A stretch of 64,000 bases of DNA from Phoronis australis. Its lineage: Eukaryota > Animalia > Phoronida. Under the pieces are notes generated by a model. That model was not told where the DNA came from and did not search any database. It worked only from the letters and a program-made list of their open reading frames with translations. Within the stretch, counting starts at the first letter, position 1, and every line of letters begins with the position of its first letter. This document shows, in pieces, positions 1 to 12,510 of the stretch. The DNA lies in the NCBI GenBank assembly GCA_002633005.1, contig NMRA01000233.1:186001-250000 (forward strand). Direction: 5' to 3'. The position numbers and the translations under genes were made by a program.

Positions 1-302
1 TAAAGTTCCTTGATGGATTTTCCTAAAATTTGTCCAATAAGTTTCTAGTGAGGACAAAACAGCACCTATTTGCCTATAAATGTGACGAAAGGTACCAACT
101 TTTTTTCAGATGGATTTAACCACAGCTAGGCTTTGTTGTGTCAATTATATTGTTTCATCCTTGTCTCTGTATCTTTGGAGTTCCTGGATGAATTTTCATG
201 AAATTTGACAAATAGCTTTCCATTATGCAGACCAGAAGGCGCTCCCATTTTTGGATGAGTTTGACATATTCTGCACCATGGAGTGGCTGTTTTTGTGATG
301 CT

Positions 303-460
303 TACCGTACTCGTCGGGGTTACCGCCCTGGGCACTTAGATTGGGAATTAAAAAACGGGGTTGGTGGTAAGCCGAGGATGGGCGGTTAAAAATGAAAAAA
401 ATGAAATTTCAAGGGTGGGCAGTATTCCGAGCATGGGCGGTAACCCGGATGAGTTTGGTA
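303..460. mobile_element. TACCG-terminated MITE (Tc1/mariner-pogo-like)
   Basis: Imperfect 26-bp terminal inverted repeat (TIR): taccgtactcgtcggggttaccgccc / gggcggtaacccggatgagtttggta. Confidence 0.7.
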
Positions 461-2900
461 TAAACACTCTGTGAAGCACACCATTAGTGATGTTGTGGTG
501 GACGCATTTCACTGCTTTCTCTTGCTCTGGTTTATTTTGGAAGGATTTTTTACTATTATAGACTTCTACTATATTACTTAGGTGAGGTGGTTCTGGATGC
601 TTGGCATCTGTACAAATCGTTGCTGTATAAACTGTGCCATGATTTGACAGTCATTGGGACTGTTGGAAAACTAGCCTTGTATAACTAAGTGCTGTACATA
701 GATCATTGAATAGATTTTGTATCACCTATCTAGGTTACTGCATCTATTGTATAATTAATGGAGGGTCTGTATTATGGTGATGACTCGGCCGCAGTGGATC
801 CAAAAGGGTTTAGGGAGGCTCCGACTAGCTTGGACAATTTTGTGTTGCTGTAGTGGAGGGTATAGAGTACTCCCGCCTGCTTATTGGCATACCCCCCCCT
901 CTCTATTCAAGGACAGGAATCCACGCCTGTGATCACTACCACAGGAGAGTGGCTGAAATTGGTGGAATGGTGATTTCTGTGAGGGTTACCGTGTAGACTG
1001 TGTCTTAAGGTTAAGAAATTGCCGATCTGTGGCCTGCCCCTAGGTTCCTTGATGTTGGTCATTGTATGCATTATATGTTGTGTGGAAGATGCAATGTTAT
1101 ATATGTGCTGGTAGGAAACTGTGAATAGCTTCACTTTTACAGAGACTTGTATATTTTTTAACAAAATGTAATCTATAATTTTTTTGCCTAATAATGTTTA
1201 ATTGAATATGACATTTATCACGTGTCCTGCTCACCGGTTCGCTTCGGGAGCGATTGGTTAATTTTGTGTGTAGTCTAGGCAACTATATATAAAGTTATGA
1301 GCATTGGTTTATTGGAGTAATCGTGATTTGTAGAGGTCAGTGGCGTTGTAAAATTTTACATTTCAAGTGTCGCCTTGACTACGAACCTATGTCGCCCTTG
1401 GCAACCAAAACGAGCCTAAGGTGTGCTAGCCAGTTATATCACTTAACCTATTTCCAAAAGTTATCCTGAATTCTGTTACCTAACTGAAAAGCGCTGTGTT
1501 TCTGGCACTTGAAAATGGCACACGTGGGTTTTATAGGTTTAATATTAAAGCGTGAGGTGACGGCCGTCGGTCGACTATTTACACGATTGACCGGAGTCCA
1601 GCTTCCGTGTTGTACGTCTTCAGGGTAGCGTAATACTCTGGCGAAACAACTGCTTGTTTGGCGTCATCTTGGGGTTTTAATTCAACGCAGTTTTTTGTTT
1701 CGTGAAACCGCAGGCTTAGGTAAACCTCGTGTTGTTCAGTTTTGTACATAGTTCATGTTTTATCGCTGTCTTTTAATTTTGTATTTTAGCGTAGTCGTGA
1801 AGGTTCGGTGACGTAAACATCTTGTTTTCTTTTGTACTCTTAAACCAATTCATTGGGAAATTAGTTGTCTTGACGTTATTTATACAGCCTAAGTACAGCT
1901 GGGATCAGGGGAAAACACTGTTTGCTGTCAAGTTGGGGAGTCACGAAACTAGAAAATTTACGCAAGCAAATCGGTGTTAAAAATTTACCTTAAAAGAAAC
2001 AGGGTCGTTGTTTTTGCATTTATTGCTTATTTCTCGAGTTACGTAACGACTTGACTTTTGAACGAATGCTAGTAGGGTGTAGGTATCAGTACCTATAAAA
2101 ACATCTTAATAGTTTCTGTTCTTGTAATATCGTGTTTACCTTTTAAAGTCGTTGGCAGGTGACCCCTCTTATCAGACAAAACGGGCAATGTCACTAGAGA
2201 AAGTACAGGAAATATGTAGGTTAGAAAACCGGATTTTCTGACACAAATCAAACTAATTTGGTGACCTGTTCGATAAATATTTTCATGGGACTTAGATTTT
2301 GTATAAGTCACGGTTTCAATAAATGACCTTTAGTGGGATTGCCAACTTGTTCTTTGAATGCCAATTGTATGTTGTGATTTGTGACACGAACGTTGGCACT
2401 GCTGTTGTTGATCATGACATTAGAGATTGTACGTGGAATACTTATGAGAATAGTGCTGAGAATGTATCCATCGTTTGGTGTATATTTTTGTTCTGCGCCT
2501 GTAAATAAACCCCTGCCTCTATGACAGTGACTTTGTGTACGTTCTTAATGACTGGTGACCAAGGTGTGTTTACAAATGATGTTACGTAAACGATAAGTGG
2601 TGTGCGGTATTACTGGGAATCGGGGTGGTAAAAATATTCGGAAAGAACTTGAATATTATATGTTTGTATGTGTCTGGAATAGGGGTGGTATCTTGTTTCT
2701 TTATTGCACTGGGCTGGCTCAGACGTCCTAGGCGGTGAAAACTCCCAATGCTCGTTTAGTTAGTGAAATATCCGAAAAAAGGTCCGTGGTTTCATTGACA
2801 CTTGTCTTTCTCCGAAGATTTGTTCTTCAAAATTTGGTTAGGAAATAGGGATAACGTTATGGACCCTTGAGGAAAAGTGCGTTTAAACAAACATGATCAG

Positions 2901-3031
2901 CAGTGGCGGACTTGGGGTGGGGGACAAGGAGGCCATGCCCCCCAAAAAATTCTTCCAAATTCCATTTGGCAGTTCAGGGGTGCGAATGTCTGACGGGCAA
3001 AATTCTGNTCAAAATCCTGGATTCGCCCCTG
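2901..3031 (-). mobile_element. hAT-like MITE, family A copy 1
   Basis: Termini cagtggcgga...ttcgcccctg; flanks atcag/ttcag; reverse-complement homologue of 8028-8179. Confidence 0.75.
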
Positions 3032-6000
3032 TTCAGTAAGATTTAATACTTTAAGTATTTTCCAATGCCCGGATGTATACAAGGTGAGCGTCGTTGGCTC
3101 AGAAGAGGCGCTTTTTGAGAATCCACCTAGCTACGTATTGGTAGCTCCCATTAGTCAGTGGTCCCCGTCCTGAGTAACTTGACCGCACATGCAGGTCTGA
3201 ACCTTAATAACACGAACTGTAGGTATTTTTAAGGTTTTCAAACTGATAGTTTCAAGAAGGGAAGTTGATTCCGCACAGAACAAAAAACGTTCAAGCGTAG
3301 TGTATTTTGATGGCCAGTACTGACCGACTTTCACTAACGTAAGTCAAAATTTACCGCAACGCCATTCCAGATTGTCATAAATCTTCCAGTATACTTTGCC
3401 GTTTGGTGGTCGGATGATAAATGTTTTTTTTTTCGAAATTCAGCCTGCATGTAAGTTCGACAATTTCCAACAAGATAATTTAATTTTTTCTATGTCAAAA
3501 ATCAACCATGATTCAGTCGATTTACGTCGGTAGACACATAAATAAACGTGTGAATCAGAAATCAATGAACCCTTGCAGGTTTCCAGACGGCTGAAAGTAA
3601 CCTTGACATGTATTTTGTCGTCACATGGCAACACGAGATAAAAACTTCACGGCGTGCCTTTTGTGTTATGGAATTCAACAGCTTGACAAAAAGACGGAAA
3701 GCAGTCGTTGTTTTACGACATTAATTAGTTAATAAAACATGTGAACATTATTTTGTATTACAAGTAACAGATACTTCACATTGATTTTACGGACTAGACT
3801 TTTTCTTACTAAAACGCGCGACTTAGGATTTCACAGTGACTCCATACTAAACAATCGGCAAACCAAAGTCACGTTCGGAGTGACTTAATTCTAAGTGTAG
3901 ATTGATTGAGGAGAACCCAGTCTTAGATAGCTTATTTCACAATTGCAACAACAAGTAACGTAATCGCTGTCCAATGAATGAAGCGGGGTAATTGTGGTCT
4001 TGAAATTGGCGTGCTTTTTGGGAAGAGTGTATTCTTTTGTAACTAAGCCTGTGGCCTATTTCATGGGCGGCGCAGCACTGAAATAAGTGGGGGGAGGCTA
4101 TAGCCCCACCCCCTATAATTAATGCTGATAAAACATCAATCTGACATTGTGCAACGAAATTAATTCTTTACAAAACGATTTTAAACATTAATCAAATTAA
4201 AGGTGGCTTTTCACAAATCTATTTAAATTCACATTTTGTCAGAAGCTACTCAGTTTTGGCGGCTGTATCGGAAAAAGTAATTCGATGACACTCCGTTTTC
4301 TAGATTTTTGGGAATCAAAGGCCAAAGTATAATTTTTTTTAAAAATTAGCGATAAATGTAAACTGTGTTGATAAACGCTAGTTGTTAAGATACAATTTTT
4401 TAATCAAATCTGGTTTACTTTATGGAGTTTTAGGCAAGTCACGTAAATACTTAACGTGCAAGCGGGAAGTACGGGAGACAAGGCGCCTCCTGGTGGATTT
4501 AGGGGCTCTCCTTGAGAAATTTTCAAACTTTATACATATTAATCTGAATTCTGGATCCTCTAATGGTAGCCTCTTCCAGTTTAACAATTAACTTCACTCT
4601 CCAAAAATCGCAGAAATCTGCGTAACTTACGATTACTCGTCTGTGTACTTGGAGCACACTAAACACGTATCCTATACACGGTCATCAAAAGTCATCCCCA
4701 CAGCTTGACCGACATATGGCAATTTCTTGCGAACAACCTCCCTCTTCATCAACTACGCTTTCCCAACAACGATCTCCAAAAGAAATTCTATTCTTGGAAT
4801 TCTTAAAAAAAAATATAGATATTCTATGCATTGCATTGGGCAAAAGAGTAATTCCCCAGACCGACCCTCCAAGAGTGAATTTCGTCTGAAAGGGGTCGCC
4901 TAGTATGAAAGGGTGCATGATTAAAAAACTAGATAAGTGAGTGAAAGTTAATTCCATGATCGGATGATCCCCCTTGATTCCGCCATGGGGCAACCCTCCG
5001 CGAATGGATCCTTAAAAGAAGAATGGATGTAAGTAAGTCACCAGTGTTTCATTCTGACGCCTGTAGATTATTGGAGGGCATATACTCCTCCCCCCACCCC
5101 CCCGTTTTCTACGGCATTTCCTCGAGGTAGATTCCTAAGGTTCCAGGAAGGTGTTCTTCCGACTAAGCCGGCGTTGAGCCAATTTTTGATGTGAGTGTAA
5201 ACAAGGGATGCAAACATTTCCATTTCCGGCGCGTGTGCGGAGTTCAGGGGAGCGGGTCTACGCGTGGGGTTTTGTACCGCAGGTTCGGCGTTTGCTGCTC
5301 TGGAAGCTGTTGTGGAACTGGGGTTAGAGAACCTTTATGTGGAACCTTAGTCACGGCCATGGTATCATTTTCATCCCCTGTTGTTTTAAAGATTCAAGTA
5401 TTCTTATTGGTAGGTGTTGAAGTATGATTTAGTACCCCTTTAAATAGTGTTTTTGTCGACCCTAAAACATATTAAAATCATGACACAGTATAAGAACAAA
5501 CGGCACTTGTCGGTACATATTTTCCGCATTGGCGTCTCACCTATATGCTGCCAGCAATTCTAATATATCATTCAATTGGCAACGGACTGTGGTGACCTTT
5601 CACCAGAAATACAAAACAAGTGGCGCCGCTCAGGAGAGCTATACAAATACTCGAATATTTAAAAACCACCGAAATCTAATTCCATACTGTGGCTACTTGA
5701 CAAGCGGCACGCGTTGGTGGTGTTTTGATTCAAGGTCATTTTAATGAAAATTGAAGAACATCTTTCCAACTCGGCGTGGCCATTGCGGATTTGCATGGTC
5801 CCGTTAAACCTGGATGATCATTTACATGCAGCCGTTCAACGATTTTTTTACAAATAATTGGAAATACCGTTGTTAAATCACCATAAATGTCACTGTGTAT
5901 GTAAGGAAGACACGTAATTGTTAACAGGAGATGTGGCGCCCCGCACGGTTTTCATGCAAAATAACGGTTTCACGACTAGGCTATTCCTATGAGCGTGTCT

Positions 6001-6535
6001 GATTAAAAGTAGGGGTGCCACCGTAAGTGCAATATCCAATCCAGGATTTTAATATTGACCTTGGCAACTGGGCAACTGGGTACTGATCGAGTGGAGTGGA
6101 TAACTCTGCCTTAGACAAATGGAGATGATATCACTGAGAGATCACAAAACATTCTTGCCCGAAACGATACCTGAGAGAGCAAGATCTCCAGACTGTCCCG
6201 CGGCGCACCCCAGCACTCCTTTCTAAACGAGAACCCCCGGTGGATAGCTATGTGGCTGAGGGAGGTCTCGTAAATAATTGACGTTCGTGAAGATATTTTT
6301 TACATTCTCAAATAACGTTCGTAAACGATTCCTTTACGTTTGTAAGTTGCGTTCGTTGTTCAATAGTACTTAGTCTTAAAAAGAAGGTTGACCATAAAAT
6401 GAGAAATCTGCGCTATTTTGTATATCTAAATTCCAGATTCGATCCTTTAAATCATAGTCCCGGACAACAGACACCAATCCCGCGCTACGAAAGCACAGAC
6501 TTCTGCCCACTACAGCAGTTTGGTTGCTGCGTCAG

Positions 6536-6967
6536 TACCGGGATTTTCCGTAGGTAAGCCCATGGGCGTGTATTCAGAAAAAATTCAGGCGTTTAGTAAC
6601 ACCAAATAAACGTCCGGGCGTTTATCTGGAAAAGATGAGCGTGTAATCGGAAAGTCATAGTTTTGCTAACTTCGAAATATTTTACTAAAAACTGTCTTTT
6701 AAAATTTATGTTAACAAAACATAGTTCGCCAACACCGTGCTCGTTTTTATTAATGATAAATCCTCCACAAAACTGAATTTGTGACACAAAGTTGACGCTG
6801 AGTAGGCTTTTAAAAGGAAATTTTCCGAATAAAGCCCGGCTATTTGGGCAATTGACACCAGGAGTTGTAAAATCAAATAAACATGCATGGGCGTTTATTC
6901 GTCCTAGTTTTCCGAATACGCCCATGTGCGTTTCATCGGGTGGGCTTATCTACGGAAAATCCCGGTA
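6536..6967. mobile_element. TACCG-terminated foldback MITE with internal repeated motifs
   Basis: TIR taccgggattttccgtaggtaagccc / gggcttatctacggaaaatcccggta (25/26 match). There is also an inner inverted pair catgggcgt...acgcccatg at 6561-6926. Confidence 0.8.
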
Positions 6968-8027
6968 AAGACCATTTTCGGCGTGTGTGTGTGTGTGGAG
7001 CAGTGGCGCAGGTCTGGGAATTAGTACCGCGGCTTTGGTGTCTGCTAGTCCGTGATTAGGGTTCACAGGGCTGCACCTGGAATGAGAGGAATTATGTAAT
7101 CATATTCACCCCGTGTGTAGTTCTATTTAAACTTAGATATTATCTTACTCTAAAGCTAAGAAAACAGCAGTAACGCAGTCCAAATTCACAAGAGACCAAT
7201 TTTGCACGGTATATCTATCCTAACCATTTTCTCATCGACATTAGCTATCTCCTTATTTTTCTAAATTTCACTGACATCCTCTGTCGTCATCATTTAAAAA
7301 TATGACCCTACGTACCGTAAAATTCTTATTCGATAGCTCTGTTGACAATACTTGTTGACTGAATTTTGGGACTTGAAAAATACCTAATACGTTTTATTGA
7401 TGTATCATCACCATCATATTTAACAACCGTAGGACGAAGATCTTTTCACTTAAACTGTTTTTTCTTTCCATAAATAAAGGAATTCTACGCTTTTTAAGAA
7501 TGTACAACATAACTTGCAAATGTAAATCATAAGGTTTAAAATTGTCAACTTACGAATATCACTTACTAACGTAAATTACATCTAAAAGTTTTCAAAGCGC
7601 TTGCGTAATTTTTAAAGGTTATTTATTGGACGAAATTGCTACGACTGTAAGTCAAATTCGTAGTTTGCAAACACATCGCACTGATCAAGATAAATTTCAA
7701 TCTTTTCACTCTCCTGTAGCTAACCGTTTAGAATGTTTTTCAAGTAGTTAGCAGGTGTTTAGATTTTCATATTTACACTAGCCCACTAATGCACGTCCTA
7801 TCAAAGTTTCATGGATCCAGTCGTTCGTTGCTATTCTCTACCTTGTTATTCTCAACATTTTGCCACAATTGTTGACTCACGGGAACAATACCACAAAAAT
7901 TTGCTCGGACAAATAACACGAGAATGATTTCCGTCTCTGGGTAAATTTCTTTGGCGGCAAACTTTACAAAACGCGTTACTGGCGGATTCTTAGCTTCAGC
8001 ATCCAAATTCCCTTGAGTGGAAGTGTA

Positions 8028-8179
8028 CATGGCGGCGGATCCAGGATTTTGAGTTGGGGGGGGGGGCAGAGTATTAATCAGGATTTCTCATGTCAGACAT
8101 TCGCAACCCCGAACGGCCAAATGAATTCTGGGAGAATTTTAGGAGGGGGGGAGCATGGCCCCCTCTAAATCTGCCACTG
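8028..8179 (+). mobile_element. hAT-like MITE, family A copy 2
   Basis: ggcggatccaggattttga...atctgccactg; shares a gtcagacattcgca..gccaaatg core with 2901-3031. Confidence 0.72.
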
Positions 8180-10744
8180 GATTCTATGGTCTAAGATGTA
8201 GGCGTACTTCCGCCTAGAATGGCGGGAGATGTAAATTTAGTCACACTCGCAACTGCAACAGAATATGACACCTGGATATTATCTATCTCATCTTCGCTTT
8301 ATTGTGTCTCGAATCGTCATCTTTTTTCATGATGCAGGAGTTACCATAGCAACCTAAATCCGTTGTATTTTTTGCAATTAATATTGCTAGTGTACAGACT
8401 TATAATTAATGCGTGTAGCAATCAATATGAAATGAAATTAATGTGCCTTAATGCTATCAGACATTGTCAGATTATAAGAGCTCGTAGGGTATCTCAGCTT
8501 TTATTAAATAACCGTACGTTATCATATCATCAAAATACATTTTGTCCAATATTACAGTATTATACCTTTTTACCTCCTTGTCACCGTAGACAATACGCTT
8601 TTAACGTTAAAATGGGTGTACCGTTTCCTTTTGTTTTTGTTTTTGTTTTTCAGAGAAGGGCTTTAAAATCATACCGAGTGGACTGCACACCTACTAAAAC
8701 GTAAGTTTGTTAACAATATTCTTATGACAAGGAGAATGAATAATGGAACAGCATTCCGAATGTCTTTGTTCCAAATGAACATGCTGAAAATTGCGACGAC
8801 AATCCGCTCACGCTAAATGGTATACCTTAAGATAAATTACCTGGTTTGCTTATCAGCTCAAAATGACAAGACCTCAATCACCTCTAATACTGACAACGTC
8901 AACAGGGTCGTCAAATACGTGTCAATATTATACCCACGCGCATTAGTGAAATTTCATCTGGAGACAAGGCGTTGAGAAAAATGTCTGAATTTACGTAGAA
9001 GACTTTAATAGCTAAACTGAGTTTTTTGAGCGTTAGATAGATTTTGAATTATTTTCTTTCTGGAAGTGACTGGCGTAGACATGATAAAACGGCAGATTTG
9101 TACAATCTACGGAGACATCTAACGCCCACTGCAAGTGACCCAAAAGGGTACTAGAACGAAATATCTAATTATGCTTATTAGAACACCATTGAGGCACGCA
9201 GTGTATATTTAAGACTTATTTTAACAGATAATTAAATTTCAAAACATTGGCTTCATTTTATACACTTGAAGATTCTTATGAGGTTCGAAAGTTTGATTTG
9301 TTCTGAAACACAACGTGACAGGTGTGAGAGGTGGAGGGGAGAGCGGGCTACTTTCTACCCATAGCTTATGGAAAGACTATTAAGGCCTGCTCCGTGAGTT
9401 ACTACAATCTCAACGTTAGTAGTTTTTGTATCTCCATCCACACTATGTGGCGCCACAGTATATAAATAAGAAGCCGTGTGTACTCGTATTTAAGGTCATA
9501 CACATACAAAATATTGTTTTTTTTCGAAAATAGACTTTTGATTATTAAGTGTTTCAGTGTTTCTGACATTACAAGAGCGCATGCGCTTTTAAGCCTACAA
9601 CTTGTCAATTTGTAGACTTTTCAATTAGGATTGAAAACATGTACAAATCCATCGTTCTGTAATGAACGAGCAAGCCTTCTCTCAAGTGCCAATTTGAAAT
9701 TTTGCTCCATGATTTTAATCTTGCGTTTTTGGACGACGCAGGCGCAGCTCCGATTCACTATAGGAGTATTGATCTAAGCACACGCGTCCGCGACAGGTAT
9801 AGACCATTTATGTCGACTGCTCATTCGCCGTGACACGTCTCTTTTTACACAAATCATCGCTTGTCTCATTCTCAAACTTCACTTCTGTCTCATAATTCGG
9901 GAAAATATTTCAAGACTTCGGAATTGGGATTTTGCTACATATCTCAATAATACTGCATGTTGACTTGTGGTACCGAGACGTGTACCCGTTGATATTACTT
10001 TACTAAAATTAGTATCATTTACAAGACTAGCGAAATCCGGCCAACCAAGTGCGTATCGCGCAATGACAACAATGTTATATGCGACTTGAACTTTTGAAGC
10101 TAGGATTAGACATAACTTTTAGAGTGCAGTTTGTCGTCCACCTCCAAAGGGTTACGTTATGAGTGGGAGCTGTCCCCAACAATTGAGTACCCAATCCTCT
10201 AAAACGCTGGGCCTCATCTAGTCGGCTTTCTAAAAGACACACCCGGTCAAAATATAGTCATGCACCCCTGGGGGGGGGGGGGGNCGGGGGGGGGGGGGGT
10301 GGGGATGGCGGAACCAAAGTTAGCATTACAAATTTATCTGTGGGTTTCGGATGCCACGCCTTTTGTAAAACGCGGGCCTTACCAATATCTGTGAGCGTTA
10401 GCCGGTAGGTGGCGAGACCGTCCCGACCGCCTTCATTAACTCAGTAACAGGGCAGTTGGCAAGTTGTTTTAACATACTAAGCTACCATCTGATTTGTAAA
10501 TGTATTTCAACATCTCCTATTTATCTCGTTTTTTGTACTTTTGCAAAAAGGTATTTATTCAATTATTGGTAAAAATTCAATTGCATACTGTTACTCAACT
10601 ATAACCTTTATGAGATGCGAAAATAGAAAGTGTTCTGCTCGACTAACATTAGGGACTACATTGTATATTCTATGGTGACACCAAGAAAAGTGGGCATGGT
10701 AATAACAACTCGTGTATCACCTGAATAATGTCTACCCTGTTTAG

Positions 10745-10971
10745 CATGGGCGCACCCGGGGGGGGGGGGGGNNNNGGGGGGGGGGCTCGAGGGGCTCGAA
10801 GGAGCCCCCAGGCGAAGTCCACAAAGGACACAGGATATCGGCGCAGATGCACAATTCGTAGGCCTGAACCTAGTGGCCCCATTTTTTTAGTCCTCGTTGA
10901 TTTTGTTCAGTAAAAGGTCCCCATATCGAGAAATTCGAGCCCCCCTATATTTTAGGCTGGGTGCGGACATG
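10745..10971. mobile_element. hAT-like MITE with a 5-bp TSD
   Basis: TIR catgggcgcaccc / gggtgcggacatg; exact tttag duplication on both sides. Confidence 0.8.
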
Positions 10972-11374
10972 TTTAGGATTGTAAAAGCATACTTTTTGTT
11001 CACCTAGATATGAACTCATTTTTGATTGACCAGTATAAAGAACTAGATGTCACTGAGAGCACTTGACCAGACTCTAACGTCATTGGAAGCTTGGTGCAAA
11101 ACAAGAACGCGAGTCGGCTCATCAAGAACCGCCAAACATGTCGTGTAAGTAGACGACATTTCGTGAGTCCGCTGAAAAAAGGTTCAGTAGAGAACGGTTT
11201 TAAATCGAGATTGAAAGCTTTTGAAATATAAATACTGAGTGGGAAGTAAATGTAGCCTTCACAAGTACTGTGAACATGTCGCTAGGATGGATGCAACGAA
11301 GGGGAGCCAAATGGGAATTTACTTTTTGAAAAACATGTCACCATAAAGCATGTGAGTAACTTTTGTGTATGTAG

Positions 11375-11557
11375 TATGTACTGTGACGTATGCACAGTAT
11401 ATTACTATGTACTGTGACGTATGCACAGTATATTACTATGTACTGTGACGTATGTAAGGTACAGTACTATGTACTGTGACGTATGTACTATTTCGTGCTA
11501 TGTACTGTGACGTATGTACACTGAAGTTCTATGCACTCACTGTGACGTACGCCGTAC
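11375..11557. repeat. 31-bp minisatellite, 5 full units plus 1 degenerate unit
   Basis: TATGTACTGTGACGTATG occurs at 11375, 11406, 11437, 11468 and 11499. Confidence 0.95.
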
Positions 11558-11949
11558 TTGGTAAATGATTGTTTTCTTTGGTTGGTTAAAATGTCGAGCA
11601 CACCCCACTCGTGAAGTTGAGGGGATGGGCAGCGCCGCTGATGGCATTCAGGGTTACCCTTTTCCTAATTTTTATTGAGATCATTTTCTTAAGAGGCTAC
11701 TCACGGATGAGGCCACAATGATGGAATCGGTTGCCATCTTTCCCTTTTTTGTAAAATCGTACAACTTTAACCTTTTACTTGATGTTAATAAACTGACCCG
11801 ATGACGTAAGAAGGGTGACCCAATTGTCACTCTTTTGCAGTTATTTTTAATGATATAGTTTTTCATGTTAGATTATTTTGGGTAGCATGCCTTTCATATG
11901 AAGAAACCCTCTTTCAAACAGGGCCTCTCTTGGAGGCCGGCGGCCAGGG

Positions 11950-12510
11950 ACAATTACCCAATATTGCACACTATAGAATTCCGAAACGGTCGACTATTAA
12001 CGTGGTAAAGAAGAAAAAAATTCAAACCGTTCACGAAAAACATGGGGGCACCAGCAGCAGCAACACTGGAGTGAGGTCCAAAATCGTGAGACTGTTCCAA
12101 AAAACAAAAATTAGCGTTGGCCAGGATCGAACGAAAGAAGAACTCGGAGAACACTAACTGTGAATTACGCAAAAGATTTTTTTTCAATAGTTCTATAACG
12201 ATTGGCAAGCACTAAACGTTGAAGTTCAACGCATCAAACATGTTCTAGTTAACAATTGATTATACTAATTCTTTTGTTGATAACCATGTTAGGTCTTTCA
12301 TATCTAGGATTGACTCCCATGTAGACATACTAGCACTAGTACCTCTAAGAATATGTATTATAAGAATTGTATGTCTAATAATTATCCAAGTGACAAACAT
12401 GTGCTTAAGAAGATTGTAAGGGATAACGTCAAGGTGGTCAAACCTGGTGATAGATTGAATGTGATTATTTATTATCAGAATAAAAAGCCACGTCACCTTC
12501 GTCATGACAA
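11950..12510. pseudogene. Possible heavily decayed LINE fragments (ORF1-like on +, RT-C-terminal-like on -)
   Basis: On +, KISVGQDRTKEELGEH resembles the ORF1 I.I..DLT..ER motif. On -, NHIQSITRFDHLDVI resembles IE.V..FKYLGVI. Stops and frameshifts are present. Confidence 0.3.

Noticed and set aside
10270-10305. Long poly-G run as a G-quadruplex element (also 10757-10785)
   Set aside because: The runs contain Ns, so homopolymer length is unreliable, and the second run lies inside a MITE subterminus.
11375-11557. CRISPR array
   Set aside because: The 13-bp spacers are too short, two of them are identical, there are no cas genes, and the context is eukaryotic. Kept as a minisatellite.
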